From: Candidatus Eremiobacteria bacterium
GTDB taxonomy: Bacteria; Vulcanimicrobiota; Vulcanimicrobiia; Vulcanimicrobiales; Vulcanimicrobiaceae
Assembly: GCA_963737065.1 (NCBI GenBank)
Contig: CAVTRC010000002.1
Location: forward strand, 128,001-192,000
Direction: 5' to 3'
Length of the DNA: 64,000 nucleotides
The position numbers and the translations under genes are program-made. A model generated the notes under the pieces. The model did not search any database and was not told the origin of the DNA. It worked only from the letters and a program-made list of their open reading frames with translations. Shown here in pieces: positions 59,553-64,000 of the stretch. Within the stretch, counting starts at the first letter, position 1; every line of letters starts with the position of its first letter.

Positions 59553-60482
59553 TGGTACTTCGTTTCGTTGCGGCGATCACTGTAGCCCTGTTCGCTTGTA
59601 GCGGAGGTCGGCGCGGGTATACGCGCTCGGCATTACCGTTTGAATCGCCCCCGCCAAGATCCAACAACGCTGTCGGGTCGAGGAACAACGATCCAAAACT
59701 CTACGTCGTGAATGCGGGCAACAGCACGGTGAGTGTTTTTGACCTGGCTAACACCAGCAGTACACCCATCGTGATCACGGGCGGCGGGCTATACGGCCCC
59801 TCCGGCGCGACGATCAACGCGAAAGGTGATCTGTACGTCACGAATCCGGTCGTCGACAGCGTGAGCGTCTTCGATACCGCGCATGCTGACGCGGTGATGC
59901 CGGAGATTACAGGCCCTCGCAATCCATACTATCCTGGCGGCGCGGCGGTTGACGAGAACGGCACTCTGTACATTGCAAATGCTGGCGTCAACAGCGTTTC
60001 TGTGTTCGACGGCCTACCCAGCGCGGTGGAGCGGACCATCACAGGAGGTGGGTTGAGCACCCCTTGGGGCGTAGCAGTCGGCGCGAATGGCAAGCTGTAT
60101 ATCGCGAACGAGAACCGCAACAGCGTGAGCGTCTTCGATACGGAACATGGCAACGTCGCGCTCAGGCCGATTAGCGGCAACGGGCTGAACTTTCCCTTCG
60201 GAATCGCGATCGCGCCGAATGGCAGGCTGTACGTCGCGAATTTAAACAGCAACAAGGTGAGCGTATTTAACACGGCGCACGCAAATGCGGCGCTCGCGCC
60301 GATTACTGGCGGCGGTTTGCGCGGGCCCTCCGGCTTGGCGCTCGATGCCGGCGGGAAGCTTTACGTTGCGAATTCCCAGCTAGCAACGCGTGAGCGTGTT
60401 CGATACGATGCACGGGAATGCGGCATTAAAGCCCATCACCGGCGGCGGCCTGAACTTTCCGTATGGCATTGCAGTCCGCTAA
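59552..60482 (+). CDS. NHL/YncE-like beta-propeller repeat lipoprotein (frameshift near 60385)
   Basis: LFAC lipobox and about six GLxxPxG...GKLYVAN...VSVFDT repeats; the last repeat continues in another frame to TAA at 60480-60482. Confidence 0.8.
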
Positions 60483-60513
60483 GAACTCATTTCCATCGGA
60501 CATCGAGCACTGA

Positions 60514-62175
60514 ATGTCGATCGTCCCTTCTCGCTACCAGCCTCCACTTCCGATTGACCGCATCATCGTTCGTGATGCGCTGGATATCGATGCCGTCACG
60601 ATGGACGTCGTGTTCGTCGGCGGCGGCCCAGCCGGATTCGCCGGGGCAATCGAACTCGCGCGTCTCGTGAAGCGAGACAACGAGGGCGGCGGTACGCTCG
60701 GCGACGTGCAGATCGCCGTGCTCGAGAAGGCTGAAGGGCTAGGCGAACACAACCTCTCGGGCGCGATCGTCAACCCGTGCGCGATCCGCGAACTCTTCCC
60801 CGAAGTCTCGGAAGCGGAGCTTCCATTCCGCGGTCCCGTGCATGGCGAACGCGTGTACCTCCTCACCGGTGAGCCGCGCATTCGGATTCCGACACCGCCG
60901 ACTATGGCGAACCATGGCTACTACATCGCATCGATATCGGAGATCGTGCGTTGGCTCGGCCAGCAGGCGGAATCGCTAGGAGTCAACGTCTTCACGGGGT
61001 TTCCGGTCGATGCATTGCTGGTCGAAAGCCAGCGCGTCATAGGCGTGCGCACCGCGCCATCCGGCCTTATGCGCGACTCCTCGCACGGTAGCGCGTACCA
61101 GCCACCGGCTGAGATTGCGGCGCGCGTCACCGTGTTGAGCGAGGGTACTCGCGGAATGCTGACGGAGGCTTACTGTGAATGGCAGCGGATCACGAGCGAG
61201 AACCCCCAAATTTTCGCACTTGGGGTAAAGGAGGTCTGGGAGACGAAGCGGCCCCTCGACCACGTCATCCACACCCTGGGCTGGCCGTTGCCGAGCGACG
61301 CGTTCGGCGGTAGTTTCATCTACCCGCTCGCGTCGAATCTCATCGCGATCGGGATCGTCGTGGGTATGGACTATCCCGAGGCGTCGCTCGACGTGCACGT
61401 GCTGCTGCAGCGCCTGAAGCTGCATCCGCTCGTGCGCCCGCTGCTTGAGGGTGGCCGCATGCTCGAATGGGGCGCGAAGACGATTCCCGAGGGTGGCTAT
61501 TACGCGCTCCGCAGCCGGCGATCGGGCGATGGGCTCGTCATCATCGGCGATGCGGCCGGCTATGTCGAGGTCGCGTCGCTCAAGGGAATCCACTACGCGA
61601 TGCAGTCGGGGATGTACGCCGCCCGCGCCATCTTCGACGCGTTGAAGTCGGGAGACACGTCGGCCCCCTCGCTACGCGCCTACGACCGCGCTGTGGACGC
61701 CAGCTACATCGTCAGCGACCTGCGCAAACGCCGTAACATGCGCCTCGCTTTCCAAGGTTCCAATCTTTACGTCGGTGGCATCAAGGCAAGCATGATGACG
61801 CTGACGAAGGGCGCTTTTCCAGGCCGGAAGATCGATTCGCGTCCCGACGCGGAAATGCCGCGCGCGCAAGCGCGTGCCGCACCAGTTCCGTTTGCTCCAG
61901 ACGGTACGATCACATTCAACAAGCTCGATGCGAACTACAGGTCCGGCAACGCGACGCGCGACGACATCCCGTCGCACCTTCTCGTCGGTACGGATATTCC
62001 CCCCGCGGTCGCAGAGCTGTATGAGCACATGTGCCCGGCGGGCGTCTACGAGCGGCGCGGTGACCAGCTCATCGTGAACCCTCCAAACTGCATCGACTGC
62101 AAAGCGACCGATGTGATCGGGCCGCGCTGGACGCCGCGCGAGGGTACGAGTGGACCGCACTATCGGCGTATGTAG
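60514..62175 (+). CDS. Electron transfer flavoprotein-quinone oxidoreductase
   Basis: VGGGPAG, LSGA, ALGVKEVW, GAKTIPEGG, KGIHYAM and CPAGVYE..NCIDCK motifs. Confidence 0.92.
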   Translation: MSIVPSRYQPPLPIDRIIVRDALDIDAVTMDVVFVGGGPAGFAGAIELARLVKRDNEGGGTLGDVQIAVLEKAEGLGEHNLSGAIVNPCAIRELFPEVSEAELPFRGPVHGERVYLLTGEPRIRIPTPPTMANHGYYIASISEIVRWLGQQAESLGVNVFTGFPVDALLVESQRVIGVRTAPSGLMRDSSHGSAYQPPAEIAARVTVLSEGTRGMLTEAYCEWQRITSENPQIFALGVKEVWETKRPLDHVIHTLGWPLPSDAFGGSFIYPLASNLIAIGIVVGMDYPEASLDVHVLLQRLKLHPLVRPLLEGGRMLEWGAKTIPEGGYYALRSRRSGDGLVIIGDAAGYVEVASLKGIHYAMQSGMYAARAIFDALKSGDTSAPSLRAYDRAVDASYIVSDLRKRRNMRLAFQGSNLYVGGIKASMMTLTKGAFPGRKIDSRPDAEMPRAQARAAPVPFAPDGTITFNKLDANYRSGNATRDDIPSHLLVGTDIPPAVAELYEHMCPAGVYERRGDQLIVNPPNCIDCKATDVIGPRWTPREGTSGPHYRRM

Positions 62176-62639
62176 AAGTGCGCGCGTCTCCTGGCGTTTC
62201 TATTTCGGCTCTTTTGTTTTCCTGACCCCAACCGCCGCTTCAATATACCGCGCAAGACGACGGCTTCGTTGTGTTGAGTATCTTTCGCACCGTAGATCAG
62301 AGTCATCGCACGTGCGTGCTTTGCGGGGGCGACGATCGCGGAAATCGCCTCACGCGCCTCAGGTTCTTTCAACTCCGCTTTATAGCGTTTCTCAAACTCT
62401 TGCCAACGTTCGGGATCATGACCAAACCATTTGCGCAAGGCTGTGCTCGGCGAAACGTCTTTCGCCCACATGTCGAGACTCAATTTGACTTTACTGATCC
62501 CGCGTGGCCACAGCCGGTCGACCAGAATGCGGACCCCGTCGCTTTTAGCGGGCTTTTCATACGCGCGCTTCAATAACAGTTCCACGTTGGGCCTTCTGTA
62601 GGCTGCATCAACGAGCCGTTGCGAGTCGATTTCGGCCAT
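62160..62639 (-). CDS. DUF488 (YeaO) family protein; start may be GTG 62585
   Basis: KRAYE, ILVDRLWPRG, PSTALRKWFGHDP and HNEAVVL motifs. Confidence 0.9.
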   Translation of the reverse strand: MAEIDSQRLVDAAYRRPNVELLLKRAYEKPAKSDGVRILVDRLWPRGISKVKLSLDMWAKDVSPSTALRKWFGHDPERWQEFEKRYKAELKEPEAREAISAIVAPAKHARAMTLIYGAKDTQHNEAVVLRGILKRRLGSGKQKSRNRNARRRAHFYIRR

Positions 62640-62949
62640 TGTTAAGCCGAAAACCGGTGTCTGCCGCGTATGGCTTGGTCCCCGACCCACAGCCGAGCAG
62701 CGTCCAAAACGACGGCGTGCGCGACAGCCGTCGGTTGGGCTACTGGAAATGCAGTATATTCGTCGCGATCGCCAAGAATCGACGCGGTTCTTGACGTCCA
62801 TAGGGCTGGCTTCCAGGGCTACAATTTCAAAAGGCCCCACCGTGCAAACGGCTCGGCCCTAAGGAGGTCACGACTCGTTCTCCGGTTAGTCCACACAAAC
62901 CGAAGAGATCCACGATTCGGTGATACCAACCATCAGAAAGAAGGCCGAA

Positions 62950-63419
62950 ATGGACGCGATCACCCTACTCAAAGCCGATCACCACGCTGTCGCAGACCTG
63001 CTAAAGCAGATCAAGGACCTCGACGAATCTGCTCACGCCCAGCGGCGAGAGCTCTTTCGACAAATTGACAAAGAACTCACCCTGCATTCGAAATTGAAGA
63101 AACAATCTTTTATCCCGCGCTCAAGCAAAAGTCGAAGTCGGAGGATGACGGCGATGCGACTCAGGAGGTCCTTGAGGCGTACGAGGAGCACGCCAACGTG
63201 AAAAGCATGCTCCAAAAATTGGAAAGCACGGATGCGGCGGATGAGACATACAATGCGAAATTGCAAGTCCTAAGCGAATTGGTGAAACATCACGTACACG
63301 AGGAAGAGCACAAGATGTTCAAAGAGGCGGAAGACTTGATGAGCGAATCGGAGCTCGAGCAGCTCGGAGCAAAACTCGCGCAAGCCAAAGAACAACTGCT
63401 AAGCAGCGCCTCTGCCTAG
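62950..63419 (+). CDS. Hemerythrin HHE domain protein (frameshift near 63095)
   Basis: DAITLLKADH, H..(I)EE.IFYPAL, EEHANVK and HHVHEEE motifs across frames. Confidence 0.85.
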
Positions 63420-63749
63420 GCGGCGTAACGTTCGGCTCGTCCGTTCGTTTATGGCGGCACGGCTGCTCACTCGGCCACGGAACGGCGCGGGAGGAAGAAC
63501 TCGCACGACGCATTCGCACAGCCGCGATCGAGTCGCTCGTCAACTCCGCACCGTCTCCAAGAGCGCCCCCCCTGGTGGCATTGCCACCGCCGGCTCATTT
63601 CCGACGCCGCGCTCCTCCTACATGCTTTCCGGTGGAACACTTGCACGACGGCAAACTTCGGCCGCACATTCCTACGGCGAGGCGTTCGTACGACGGCGGA
63701 GGGGAAACTCCGCTATGACGTACTTTCGTTCGCTGACATTATGGAGTGA

Positions 63750-64000
63750 ATGATCGATATGGCAGCACCAGACATCACGGGCGGATCGATCCACAAGAAT
63801 CCAAGGAAGCACGAGCCGTTGCAGAAAGCGTGCAGAAACTCGTGCATAAAGCGTTCGCCAGTGCGGGTCCAAGCGGTCAAAAGCTCAAGAACTTCCTGAA
63901 CGGCACCTGGCTGGGCGATCCACTGCACGTCACCCTCACCGATGTTCCGATCGGCGCCTGGACGACGGGGCTTATTTTCGATGCGTTCCAGTGGGTCAGC
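63750..64000 (+). CDS. DUF2231-type membrane protein (often Rieske-fused), 5' part with frameshift near 63780; runs off the window
   Basis: KLKNFLNGTWLGDPLHVTLTDVPIGAWT motif. Confidence 0.75.

Overview
A GC-rich bacterial chromosome segment. Gene content and style suggest a soil bacterium such as Candidatus Eremiobacterota/Vulcanimicrobiota, but this is inference only. The window has five blocks. (1) 1-19.3 kb is a general-stress and glycan-modification locus: msrB end, ferritin-like protein, Crp regulator, and a divergent pair of operons (ugd-uxs-GT2-DMFase-like-SDR-SnoaL-ADH-Nramp, and carbamoyltransferase-GT2-HAD-GT9-GT4-GT4-GT9-NodS-histone-like), with SigB/SigF-type promoter motifs. (2) 19.6-29.3 kb holds tRNA-Arg, a PAS-GGDEF gene and rpmG-tRNA-Trp-secE-nusG-rplK-rplA. 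A 3.5 kb insert (beta-carbonic anhydrase plus four secreted unknown proteins) precedes rplJ-rplL. After rplL, where rpoB usually sits, is an 8-copy ~106 bp hairpin array. A diverged copy of the same hairpin, with compensatory base changes, lies between nusG and rplK. (3) 29.3-46.5 kb contains a TetR/MFS/VOC module, M48 peptidase, hppA and ppa, cheR-cheB-fliA-fliK-like-flhB-like, and ftsY-recA-recX with a LexA-type box upstream of ftsY. (4) 47-54.8 kb has Crp, STAS and a heavily frameshifted TPP enzyme/enolase/FAD-FeS oxidase cluster that ends in a low-complexity junction. (5) 54.8-64 kb has an FNR-like reductase, an internally deleted stomatin, a mycobacterial-Sdh1-type succinate dehydrogenase, an NHL protein, ETF-QO, DUF488 and hemerythrin. 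The best novelty candidates are the covarying structured hairpin element and the secreted beta-hairpin operon inside the ribosomal protein cluster.
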